Shown here: one piece after another, positions 26,027-38,287 of the stretch | Layout of the letters: each line of letters opens with the position of its first letter | How positions within the stretch are numbered: position 1 is the stretch's first letter | Origin: Mizuhopecten yessoensis | Lineage: Eukaryota | Assembly: GCF_002113885.1 (NCBI RefSeq) | Contig: NW_018480076.1 | Coordinates: 1,277,603 to 1,341,602, forward strand | DNA: 64,000 bases | Direction of reading: 5' to 3' | Notes under the pieces: model-generated | Seen by the model: the letters and a program-made list of their open reading frames with translations, nothing else | Databases searched by the model: none | Told to the model about the DNA's origin: nothing | Made by a program: the position numbers and the translations under genes

Positions 26027-27007
26027 ACGTGTTCAACGTCTTCTGTGAAATCATCTATCGGATATCCTTCTGGTTATTTCACTCCACTTTGGGATACAAG
26101 AAACTTCGAGCAACTGAATAGCGAAACGTCCAATGTTGTCAATGATATTAGTAAACAGGTGAACAATCCGACACCGAATAAAATCGTCATCGTTTATCAT
26201 CAAAAATATTAACTTACAATTAGTATCGTGTAAGGTATAGACAACGAGAGAAACATTACACAAGACTTCTTGCCATTGATGCGCCATATAAATATGTGGA
26301 CTCTGTAGGAAGGTCAAGTCCAGCATGTCTTTGTTCACTCCTCAAAGAGACGACAATACATTCATTGATATCGACCTTACAACAAATAGTCCAACCGAAT
26401 ACAAGGTTACATTTGGAGAGGTTATGGTAAATCTAGAGAAACCATTCGGTGTCCATCATGTTCAAACCACACTGTATCCGCCTCCTCTCTCTGTATAACG
26501 AACATTACAAGAGGATTTTACTAAAGGAGTTTCTGATGATATTTGGTAAACAGCTTGGAGACTTAATAAAAGTATTGAGGATGTGGCACAAATTCGACAA
26601 ACGCTACAAGATGTATATGAACATGAGCTTTGAATAAGAGAGAGAAACATGCTAAATGTATTCTGAGATACTCGACTCATCAAGGGATCCTCAAATCATG
26701 TAGGTTATTTAATTATAATTATTTATAAATGAGACAATATGGTTTTACGGACATGCAAGTAATACCGAATATTGAAACTAAAGTATTATTATATATTTCA
26801 CGCTTACAACCGGGACAACCAGTGTGATAAGTAGAAGTTGATACCTTGTTTCAATATTGTTGTGAAAAAAATATAGTTTACATTAAAAAAAACACTACGT
26901 TTTTCTATCCTTCGTATTGCAAAACTGAATTAGTTCCAATTGAATTGGTGTTGAATGTCTGTATAGACGTTCTTCACGTCTGCTTATAACACCACCAGAA
27001 AAATAAT

Positions 27008-27080
27008 AACCTCCGGCGGGACTCGAACCCGCAATCCCCGTCTTAGGAGGCCGGTGCCTTATCCATTGGGCCACGGAGGC
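27008..27080 (-). tRNA. trnaR-CCU: tRNA-Arg (CCT), anticodon-stem mismatch variant
   Basis: One substitution at 27041 giving a G30-A40 mismatch. Confidence 0.85.
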
Positions 27081-28121
27081 ACATGGTCGGTGTTTTCTGG
27101 GAAATATACTCCTCTTTGGTAAGGTTATTAAGAAACTTTAAGCCACTTCATCAGTTCATTGCAAAGTTTCCCGTGTTGTCTATGGTATGGAGTATGGTAT
27201 ATATGGTATGGTATATGCTAGTAAACAGAATGGCAATTACAACACGGAATGAAATAATCATTGGGTGACTCCCGTGTTTGAACCACACTGTATTCTCTTT
27301 CCGTCCCAGTATTCCGAACAATTCCACAGGATTCTATCCAAGAGTTCCGATGTGGTGAGATTTGGTAACAAGCTTGGAGACTTCTTACTATTGGTGCGTC
27401 ATATGGATGTGGGGCTCTGTAGGAAGATCAAGTCCAGCATGTCTTTGTTCACTCCTCAAAGAGACGACAATACATTCATGGATATCGACCTTACAATAAA
27501 TAGTCCAACCGAATACAAGGTTACGTTTGAAGAGGTTATGGAAAATCTAGAGAAACCATTCGGTGTCCATCATGTTCAAACCACACTGTATCCGCCTCCT
27601 CTCTCTGTATAACGAACATTACAAGAGGATTTTACTAAAGGAGTTTCTGATGATATTTGGTAAACAGCTTGGAGACTTAATAAAAGTATTGAGGATGTGG
27701 CACAAATTCGACAAACGCTACAAGATGTATATGAACATGAGCTTTGAATAAGAGAGAGAAACATGCTAAATGTATTCTGAGATACTCGACTCATCAAGGG
27801 ATCCTCAAATCATGTAGAATATTTAATTATAATTATTTATAAATGAGACAATATGGTTTTACGGACATGCAAGTAATACCGAATATTGAAACTAAAGTAT
27901 TATTATATAATTCACGCTTACAACCGGGACAACCAGTGTGATAAGTAGAAGTTGATACCTTGTTTCAATATTGTTGTGAAAAAAATAAAGTTTACATTAA
28001 AAAAAACACTACGTTTTTCTATCCTTCGTATTGCAAAACTGAATTAGTTCCAATTGAATTGGTGTTGAATGTCTGTATAGACGTTCTTCACGTCTGCTTA
28101 TAACACCACCAGAAAAATAAT

Positions 28122-28194
28122 AACCTCCGGCGGGACTCGAACCCGCAATCCCCGGCTTAGGAGGCCGGTGCCTTATCCATTGGGCCACGGAGGC
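28122..28194 (-). tRNA. trnaR-CCU: tRNA-Arg (CCT)
   Basis: Identical to the consensus; T5 terminator. Confidence 0.97.
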
Positions 28195-29038
28195 ACATGG
28201 TCGGTGTTTTCTGGGAAATATACTCCTCTTTGGTAAGGTTATTAAGAAACTTTAAGCCACTTCATCAGTTCATTGCAAAGTTTCCCGTGTTGTCTATGGT
28301 ATGGAGTATGATATATATGGTATGGTATATGCTGGTAAACAGAATGGCAATTACAACACGGAATGAAATAATCATTGGGTGACTACCGTGTTTGAACCAC
28401 ACTGTATTCTCTTTCCGTCCCAGTATTCCGAACATTTCCACAGGATTCTATCAAAGAGTTCCGATGTGGTGAGATTTGGTAACAAGCTTGGAGACTTCTT
28501 ACTATTGGTGCGTCATATGGATGTGGGGCTCTGTAGGAAGATCAAGACCAGCATGCAGTCATACAAATGTGATGTCTTTGTTCACTCCTCAAAGAGACGA
28601 CAATACATTCATGGATATCGACATTACAATAGTCAATCCAAATATAATGTTACGTTTGAAGACGTTCCTCTCTCTATATTACGAACATGACAAGAGGATT
28701 TTACTGAAACAGTTCCGATGATATTTTCTAAACAGCTTAGAGACTTAATAAAATAATTGAGGATGTGACACAAGTTCGACAAACGCTACAACGACTGAAC
28801 CTTCAGCATGTTCTTGCTCTACCTTCCCTTACAAATATTTTCCAGCAGGAAATGACTTGCACTTTATTGACTTGCAAGTAATCCCGTCTAATAACACTTT
28901 ACTATTATTCGATATTTCATAGTAAGTATGTTTCCCTTTACATTATGTTGTAAAAATTAGATATAACTTCAGTTGATTTGGCGTTGAAGGCGCTCTGGTT
29001 CTTCGCCTCCGCTAACAAATCCAGGACAGAAATATAAT

Positions 29039-29111
29039 AACCTCCGGCGGGACTCGAACCCGCAATCCCCGGCTTAGGAGGCCGGTGCCTTATCCATTGG
29101 GCCACGGAGGC
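29039..29111 (-). tRNA. trnaR-CCU: tRNA-Arg (CCT)
   Basis: Identical to the consensus. Confidence 0.97.
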
Positions 29112-29929
29112 ACATGGTCGATGTTTCCTGAGAAATATACTACTCTTTGGTAAGGTTATTAAGAAACTTTAAGCCACTTCATCAGTTTATTGCAAAGTTT
29201 CCCGTGTTGTCAATGGTATGGAGTATGATATATATGGTATGGAATATGCTGGTAAACAGAATGGCAATTACAACACGGAATGAAATAAGCATTGGGTGAC
29301 TACCGTGTTTGAACCACACTGTATTCTCTTTCCGTCCCAGTATTCCGAACATTTCCACAGGATTCTATCAAAGAGTTCCGATGTGGTGAGATTTGGTAAC
29401 AAGCTTGGAGACTTCTTACTATTGGTGCGTCATATGGATGTGGGGCTCTGTAGGGAGATCAAGACCAGCATGCAGTCATACAAATATGATGTCTTTGTTC
29501 ACTCCTCAAAGAGACGACAATACATTCATGGATATCGACATTACAATAGTCAATCCAAATATAATGTTACGTTTGAAGACGTTCCTCTCTCTATATTACG
29601 AACATGACAGGAGGATTTTACTGAAAGAGTTCCGATGATATTTCTAAACAGCTTAGAGACTTAATAAAATAATTGAGTATGTTACACAAGTTCGACAAAC
29701 GCTACAACGGCTGAACCTTCAGCATGTTCTTGCTCTACCTACCCTTACAAATATTGTCCAGCTTGAAATGGCTTGCACTTTATTGACTTGAAAGTAATCC
29801 CGTCTAATAACACTTTACTATTATTCGATATTTCATGGTAAGTATGTTTCCCTTTACATTATGTTGTAAAAAGTAGATATAACTTCAGTTGATTCGCCTC
29901 CGCTAACAAATCCATGACAAAAATATAAT

Positions 29930-30002
29930 AACCTCCGGCGGGACTCGAACCCGCAATCCCCGGCTTAGGAGGCCGGTGCCTTATCCATTGGGCCACGGAG
30001 CC
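29930..30002 (-). tRNA. trnaR-CCU: tRNA-Arg (CCT), C2G variant
   Basis: One acceptor-stem mismatch, shared with the 25954 copy. Confidence 0.85.
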
Positions 30003-31003
30003 ACGTGTTCAACGTCTTCTGTGAAATCATCTATCGGATATCCTTCTGGTTATTACTCTCCACTTTGGGATACAAGAAACTTCGAGCAACTGAATAGCGA
30101 AACGTCCAATGTTGTCAATGATATTAGTAAACAGGTGAACAATCCGACACCGAATAAAATCGTCATCGTTTATCATCAAAAATATTAACTTACAATTAGT
30201 ATCGTGTAAGGTATAGACAACGACAGAAACATTACACAAGACTTCTTGCCATTGATGCGCCATATGAATATGTGGACTCTGTAGGAAGGTCAAGTCCAGC
30301 ATGCAGTCATACAAATGTAATTCCTTGGTTCACTCCTCAAAGAGACGACAATACATTCATGGATATCGACCTTACAATAAATAGTCCAACCGAATACAAG
30401 GTTACGTTTGAAGAGGTTATGGAAAATCTAGAGAAACCATTCGGTGTCCATCATGATCAAACCACACTGTATCCGCCTCCTCTCTCTGTATTACGAACAT
30501 TACAAGAGGATTTTAATAAAGGAGGTTCTGATGGTATTTGGTAAACAGCTTGGAGACTTAATAAAAGTATTGAGGATGTGGCACAAACTCGACAAACGCT
30601 ACAAAATGTATATGAAGATGAGCTTTGAATAAGAGAGAGAGAAACATGCTAAATGTATTCTGAGATACTCGACTCATCAAGGGATCCTCAAATCATGTAG
30701 GTTATTTAATTATAATTATTTATAAATAAGACAATATGTTTTACGGACATGCAAGTAATACCGACTATTGAAACTAAAGTATTATTATATATTTCACGCT
30801 TACAACCGGGACAACAAGAGTGATAAGTAGAAGTTGATACCTTGTTTCAATATTGTTGTGAAAGAAATAAAGTTTACATTAATAAAAACACAAAGTTTTT
30901 CTATCCTTCGTATTGCAAAACTGAATTAGTTCCAATTGAATTGGTGTTGAATGTCTGTATAGACGTTCTCCGCGTCTGCTTATAAAACCACCAGAAAAAT
31001 AAT

Positions 31004-31076
31004 AACCTCCGGCGGGACTCGAACCCGCAATCCCCGGCTTAGGAGGCCGGTGCCTTATCCATTGGGCCACGGAGGC
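31004..31076 (-). tRNA. trnaR-CCU: tRNA-Arg (CCT)
   Basis: Identical to the consensus; T5 terminator. Confidence 0.97.
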
Positions 31077-32192
31077 ACATGGTCGGTATTTTTTGGGAAA
31101 TATACTTCTCTTTGGTAAGGTTATTAAGAAACTTTAAGCCACTTCATCAGTTCATTGCAAAGTTTCCCGTGTTGTCAATGGTATGGAGTATGATATATAT
31201 GGTATGGTATATGCTGGTAAACAGAATGGCAATTACAACACGGAATGAAATAATCATTGGGTGACTACCGTGTTTGAACCACACTGTATTTTCTTTCCGT
31301 CCCAGTATTCCGAACATTTCCACAGGATTCTATCAAAGAGTTCCGATGTGGTGAGATTTGGTCAACAAGATTGGAGACTTCATAAAAGTATTAAGGATTT
31401 GGCACAAATTCGACAAACGCTACAAGACTTCTCACCATTGGTGCGTCATATAGATGTGAAGCTCTGTAGGAAGATCAAGACCAGCATGCAGTCATACAAA
31501 TGTGATGTCTTTGTTCACTCCTCAAAGAGACAACAATACATTCATGGATATCGACCTTACAATAGTCCATTCAAATATAATGTTACGTTTAAAGACGTTC
31601 CTCTTTCTATATTACGAACATGACAGGAGGGTTTTACTAAAATAGTTCCGATGAGATTTGATAAACAACTTAGAGACTTAATAAAATAATTGAGGATGTG
31701 GCACAAGTTCGACAAACGCTACAAGAGCTGAATGAAGATGAGCTTTGAATAACTCCTTTTTCGGCATGTATTGCTCTACAACCCCAGACAGCTATTGTCC
31801 AGCTTGACATATAGAAACTGGCGACCTAAATATCACCTATAATGCATAGCTACGAGAGCCTATTTTAAAGCATTTATCTTACGATTTAAGTGTTATTGTC
31901 GAGAGTGCAACTCTTCTGTAATGGTTCTGAAAGAAATGCCCAGATGAGCGGTTGTTGCCAAACACAGGATAATGTAAAATGGTGAATTTCCGTGATATTG
32001 GTCAAGTCCACTGTTTATTTTGTAGCATTAAATGTGAAGTTCGTGGTCTTTAAGCAATACCTGTAAGCAATACCGCCAGTTAACACTTTATTAGTACTGT
32101 GTATTTCATAGCGAGTATGTTTCTCTTTACATTGTATTGTGAAAAAAAAAAATGTTATTCGCGTCAACTTTCAAAGCCGCAATGGAAAATTA

Positions 32193-32258
32193 AACCTCCT
32201 GCGGGACTCGAATCCCCGGCTTAGGAGGCCGGTGCCTTATCCATTGGGCCACGGAAGC
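32193..32258 (-). pseudogene. tRNA-Arg (CCT) pseudogene
   Basis: 7-nt deletion removing the 5' side of the T stem, plus acceptor-stem changes. Confidence 0.9.
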
Positions 32259-32837
32259 TCATGTTCAAAGCATTTTGGGATAATCTACTTACTTAAGTTC
32301 CTGTTATATGCTCTACTCTCAACTTTTCGGAAGGATAAAAGAAACTTTGAACCATTGAATTGTAAAACCAGCAATGTTGTCTGTGACATTTAGTAATATT
32401 GGTAAGCCGAAGGATAATTACGACACCAAATGAATGGTCATGACTCGGCAGAAACAATCAAACTTTTCTTCTTTCCTGACTATTTTATTCCGTCTATGGC
32501 AATCCGTATTTAGAGAAAATTCAGCACCCAACCAATAATATTACATAAGTTGAAGTAGTCAACGAGTGGAATTTGACGGAAGACTTCTTGCCAATGCTGC
32601 GCCATACCATATGGATGTGTGGACTGGGAAGGAAGGTCAAGTACAGCATGCAGTCATACTAAATTAATGTGTTTGTTCATTCCTCCCAACGCAGCCAATG
32701 TACATAGACATTACAATAGACCAAATGTCTAGGGAAACCATTCGGTGTCCATCATGTTCAAACCACGCTCTAATTCCTCTCTCTGTATTACGAATATTAC
32801 AAGAGGATTTTACTAAAGGAGTTCCTGAAGATATTTG

Positions 32838-33932
32838 CAGGCGCGTAGCTAGCTCCTTTACCATGTGTAAGCCCCGACATGGGCTTGCCGAAGGCAGCCC
32901 CCACCCCCCACCCACCCCCGAAGCGCGAAGCGCGAGCAGGGGGAAGGTACTGGAGGGGTCTTCCCCTCCCGTAAGGAGGGTATGGCGGGTCTCCCCCATG
33001 AACATTTTGTTTTCTAGAACGTCTCAGGAGCCATTTCCCACGTCCTGATGTCTGAGATAATGATATGTTGTAAACTATAATATAGTTTTAAAAAAGGGAC
33101 CGGGGCAAACACGGCCCCTTTTCTTTTTTTAAGACGTTATGGAAGGCATGTTCTATACTGTTGAAATGCATATTTATATATGTCATTTAGAAAAGAAATG
33201 TATTGTCTTTCATAAACTAATAACCAAATCGTAAACAAGACCATATTTTGGGAATTATTGGACTTTTTAGGTCGATAGAGTTAGGGGCCGGACGAGCCCC
33301 GCCCTGAGGCAATCCGGCCCCTACCAGGGCAAGTATGGCATGCAGGATAGAGAAGACAATTTACTAATAAGTGTATGGAATTTCATTCAAATCTGTTGGA
33401 AAATAAGTCCAGAACAAATCAGTGAATACAAAGAAAAAAAAACTTAATTTTTGCGACGTAAAAATATTATTTTTGTGGTCAACTAGGTGACGTTATCAAT
33501 AGTGACGTCACTTGGCACAATAACAGTTGCATTCGGGGTGGCCGAATGTGCCCCGGCAAAAGGGGCCGAACGTGCCCCAAATTGATATTTTCATAAAACA
33601 AAACAAAAAACATATATTGATTGTCTGTGTCCACTGTGCCATACTCGGAGTCGTTTGCGCCGGGCGTGAGTTTCTGAATTTACTCAATCGAGCAGTTTAG
33701 TTCCGCCTGGAACTGTCCATTAATGCAATGGACATTTCTAAACTTCATACATTTTTGTACTAACTATTAACAATGTATCATATCTGAGGAATTACATATG
33801 TATACTATATATTAAAAACTTAAACTCCACTTTATAGTATCAGCAAGAAAAAAAACCGTCATGAAAACCTATACTTGTCAAAATCATGTGCAAAGCCCGG
33901 GCTTATTGGCTTACATGGTAGCTACGCGCCTG
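32838..33932. mobile_element. Non-autonomous TIR DNA transposon (1095 bp) with a 5-bp TSD, inserted in a tRNA-array spacer
   Basis: TIR CAGGCGCGTAGCTA / TAGCTACGCGCCTG; TSD ATTTG at 32833-32837 and 33933-33937; spacer homology resumes on both sides. Confidence 0.9.
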
Positions 33933-34341
33933 ATTTGGAATCTATCTTGAGTCCTCATAAAAGTATTGAAGATGTAGCAAACATTCGGCAAAGGCTACAA
34001 TAACTTCCGGTATAGGAACTGTCGATCTGAATGTGAAGCTTCTATTGTTATGGAAAGTGCAAAACTTTTTGAACGTTTAGGAAATGTTAAGCCTGTTGGG
34101 CAGGTGTTGCGAAACGCAAGCTAATATAATATTATGGATTTTCGTGATATTGGACCAGTCCACTGTTTATTTTGAGGTAAAGTTGTGAAGTCTGGGGTCG
34201 TATATATCTGCATATAATACCTACTATGAAAACTTTATCATTATTATATATTACGTTGTAAATATATAAATTCTATTGTGAAACAAAAATAAATCAAATG
34301 TAAAATTGGTGATCCGCTTCCGCCCAACACAAAAATATGAT

Positions 34342-34414
34342 AACCTCCGGCGGGACTCGAACCCGCAATCCCCGGCTTAGGAGGCCGGTGCCTTATCCAT
34401 TGGGCCACGGAGGC
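34342..34414 (-). tRNA. trnaR-CCU: tRNA-Arg (CCT)
   Basis: Identical to the consensus; T5 terminator. Confidence 0.97.
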
Positions 34415-35348
34415 ACATGTCTATGATTTCTGGATATTAAACTCTGTCAAGTGATTTTACAATCATGTAAGGGTACTACTTTCTTGTAGTAATACCCTAC
34501 TTGATAAGGGGTAATCCACTTTTGGTGAAGATACAAGAAAACCATTGAATTGCAAAACACTAATGTTGTCAATTATATTCAGTGTGTTGTTTAATGTTTA
34601 GTAAACAGAAGGATAATTACGACACCGAATAAAATAGTCATCGTTCGGTAGATTTTTTTTTACATAAACATATTTCATCCTTCCTGACTATTTTATTTTA
34701 TCTATGACAATCCATATTTAAAAGAAAATTCATCATCCAACATATAACCCTACATATATTAATTACGAACCCCGCGAGGTAGACAACGATAGGAACATTA
34801 ACACAAGTCTGCTTGTCATTCATGCGCCGTAACAATATGTGGGGCTCTGTAGGAAGGTCAAGTTCAGCATGCAGTCATACAATGTAATGTCTTTGTTCAC
34901 TCCTCAAAGAGACGACAATACATTCATGGATATCGACCTTACAATAGTCCAACCGAACACAAGGCTACGTTTGAAGACGTTATGGAAACTCTAGAGAAAT
35001 CATTGGATGTCCACTATGCTCAAACCACACTGTATCTGATTCACGAACATAACCAGAGGATTTTCCTAAAAGAGTTTCTGATGACATTTGGTAAACAGCT
35101 TGGAGTTAAAATTGTGGAATTTTGTGATATTGGACCTAACCACTGTTTATTTTAAAGGAATGTTGTGATGGCTGTGGTTATATAGATCTGCATATTATTA
35201 TAATAAATACTATGAACACTTTATTATTATTATTATATATTACGTTGTTAATATGTTAACTATACATTCTATTGTGAAACAGAAATAAATTCAATTCAAT
35301 TGGTGATGAATGCATACTAGTTTTAGGTCCCGCTCTACAAAACAAATT

Positions 35349-35421
35349 AACCTCCGGCGGGACTCGAACCCGCAATCCCCGGCTTAGGAGGCCGGTGCCT
35401 TATCCATTGGGCCACGGAGGC
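35349..35421 (-). tRNA. trnaR-CCU: tRNA-Arg (CCT)
   Basis: Identical to the consensus. Confidence 0.97.
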
Positions 35422-36312
35422 ACAATTTTAGACATTTCGGGATATTCAACTCGTCCAGGGATTCCCCAATCATGTAAGGGATTTCCTTCTGGTAGTTACA
35501 CTCTACTTTGGTAAGACTCCAGTCTTGTAAGGAAGCTTTGAACCATTGAATAGCGAAACCTCCAATGTTTGCAATGATACAGAGTGTGCTATCTATGGTT
35601 TAGTAAAAAGGACAATTCCGACACAGAATAAAATAGTCATCGTTCGACAGAAAACAATCAATGTTTATATACACATTTCATCTTATTCTATTCTGTATAT
35701 GACTGTCTGTATTTAAGAGAATTTCTCATCCAAAATATTAACTTACAATTAGTATCGTGTAAGGTATAGACAACGAGAGAAACATTACACAAGACTTCTT
35801 GCCATTGATGCGACATATAAATATTTGGACTCTGTAGGAAGGTCAGGTCCAGCATGCAGTCATACAAATGTCTTTCTTCACTCCCCAAAGAGACGACAAT
35901 GTGGTCATGGAAATCAACATTACAATAGTCCAACCGAATACACTGTTACGTTTGAAGACGTTACATAAATTCTAGAGAAAATATAGGGTATCCACTATGT
36001 TCAAACCACATTCTATCCGCCGTACAGTAACTGTAATGTTTGGGAAATAGAAACTAAGTTGGGCAGGTGTTGCCAAACGCAGACTTATGTAGAACGGTGG
36101 ATTTTCGTCATATTGGACAAGTCCACTGTATAATTTCACAGTAATGTTGCGAACTATGAGGTTTGATTGACCTGCAAGTAATACCGCCTATGAACACCTT
36201 ATGAATACTGTTAATTTATAGTAAGTAGGTTTCCCTTCACAAAGTTTTGTGAACGTGGAAACCATTCTAGAAATTGTGTTTCCGCTTACAAAGCCGTGAC
36301 AAAATAAATAAT

Positions 36313-36385
36313 AACCTCAGGCGGGACTCGAACCCGCAATCCCCGGCTTAGGAGGCCGGTGCCTTATCCATTGGGCCACGGAGGC
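36313..36385 (-). tRNA. trnaR-CCU: tRNA-Arg (CCT), G67T variant
   Basis: One substitution at 36319 giving a C6-U67 mismatch. Confidence 0.87.
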
Positions 36386-38205
36386 ACATACTCACTTCAT
36401 TTAGAATACGCTATTGTTGGTCACATGGACCCGACAATTTGTTACTGATGTTATGTTTGGACCCATCCTGATGTACTAAGGGTAATATTATATAATTTAG
36501 GATGTGAAATTAATTCTCTGTAAATATAACATTCCCAATGATGGTATATATACAAGAGTTGATTGTCTGATATTATTCGTTGCACATCAGGATAGGTTCA
36601 AACATGCCAACTGTAACACATTATCGGGTTCCAGTGCTCTTGGTAATTATACCAGAACCTTTGAACCACTGAATTGCATGCGAATTGCACATTTCGTCTG
36701 CTGGATAACTGAACTATCTGACAGTGAAGCGGACGTAAAAACATTCAAACTAACAAACATTTAATTACAGAACTTCCAATGTTGTAAATATTTGTTGAGT
36801 GTGCTGTCTATGGTTTGATATATGATGATAAACAGGAGGATAATTACGACACCGAATAATAGCCATCGTTCGGCAAAGAAAATCAATGTTTATAGAAACA
36901 TTTCATCCTCCTTTACTATTCTATTGCATCTATGACTGTCTGTATTTTAGAGAAAATTCATTTAACAAATAACCTACACGTGGTGCAACTTACATGGTCA
37001 TGTCATGCCCATGTCGATCGTACATACCTCCCTGAGCTTGAAATCAAGAATAGTTCTACTTGGTCGCTGTCATGATCTTATTAGAATATATTCCATTTCT
37101 TTGATACGGAGGTCGCTGTGTTTTTATTATTAGTTTGTCTTGTTGTTTCGTTGTCAATACTCCATTCTCGCTATACGGTCGTGACATTACTTGGATTTGA
37201 CCTAGATTTATCTGGCATGTGTAGTCGATGAATCACTAGACGCTTACCCTTCCGGAACGCATGTATTATTCTCCTTTTACCCTTTTAAGGATTTCGATGT
37301 AAATCTTTCCTTTGTTCATGTTTGCCCTCGTTTTGTCGTTTTAGATTTAGAACTACAGTTCTGTTAACCCTTTTGTATTCTCTCATTTTTTTCTTTAACA
37401 GGCCAACCGGGTGTACCTGGGGAAACACGGTACAAGAGGGGAGGGACACATTAGTCTCGCCAGAATATAATACATCAGTATACAGCATGATTATTTCAGC
37501 AGGGAATATATTCGGATGTAAAGTATCAAACTGGAAAGACATAATAACATTCAGTTGAAGCGCTAAATTTATGGCCGAAATATGTCACAAAAACATCAAT
37601 TCTAGAAGAAATAAAGCAATGTTTAAATCATTTTAATTCATTCGAGGTTTCTTTTAAATGAATATTGGACAAAATCAACATTGTTTCGAATAAAACAATT
37701 GAATAATAAATGCATTTAACGACATGTGCTATATCCAGTTATACTAATTTACATGTATGTAAGCTGGCAATTACGGTAGTTGATATGACATGATTCTGTA
37801 GTTTCAATAGAAAATACAAAGTGTGTAAAATCAAGTACACAAAATCACATACCATGTACATTAATTTGACATTGATTATATAAGCGTTAACTATTGCAAA
37901 GTATTAAAGATGCTCCCTTCAGGGTAAAGCACCAATGTCGGCCGTCCAACTCGGAACAGCAAAATAGCATTCAATGGGGTAATATACAAAGTCATGAAAG
38001 CAGTGTCAACAGGCATGGCGATTTCATGGGATCATCTTCCAAGCTTGTATTACAAAATATAATTTGTGTGTGGATGAGTTTTGAAGTAGAATGGGAAACG
38101 ACAGGATTTCCTCACAATTATCTCCATATCGCCATACACACAGCCGTATACTGTATTTCAACTAATTAGTCGTATCATTTCTGATCTGTCCACAAGCCTC
38201 AGCTA

Positions 38206-38287
38206 TTAACATGTATGGGAGGTCGTTCTTCTCACATTGACGGGAGAGCTATCCTGTAGCACGAGACTTTTAGTGCAAAATTCGAAA
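38206..38287 (-). CDS. Lipase exon 9 (PLAT end and stop)
   Basis: [27 protein letters not shown]; phase-2 acceptor CTTCTCAG. Confidence 0.85.

Larger units (their letters stand above)
23389..36960 (-). repeat. Tandem tRNA-Arg(CCU) gene array with ~0.9-1.4-kb units
   Basis: 13 co-oriented tRNA copies separated by homologous spacers. Confidence 0.95.

Noticed and set aside
24489-31623. Recurrent 60-120-aa ORFs in the tRNA spacers as functional genes
   Set aside because: Each copy has different frameshifts and stops; they are treated as fragments of one decayed ORF (see findings).
23389-36385. CRISPR-like or SINE interpretation of the regularly spaced 73-bp repeat
   Set aside because: The repeat is a complete tRNA with no SINE body or tail, the spacers are ~1 kb and homologous to each other, there are no cas genes, and the context is eukaryotic.
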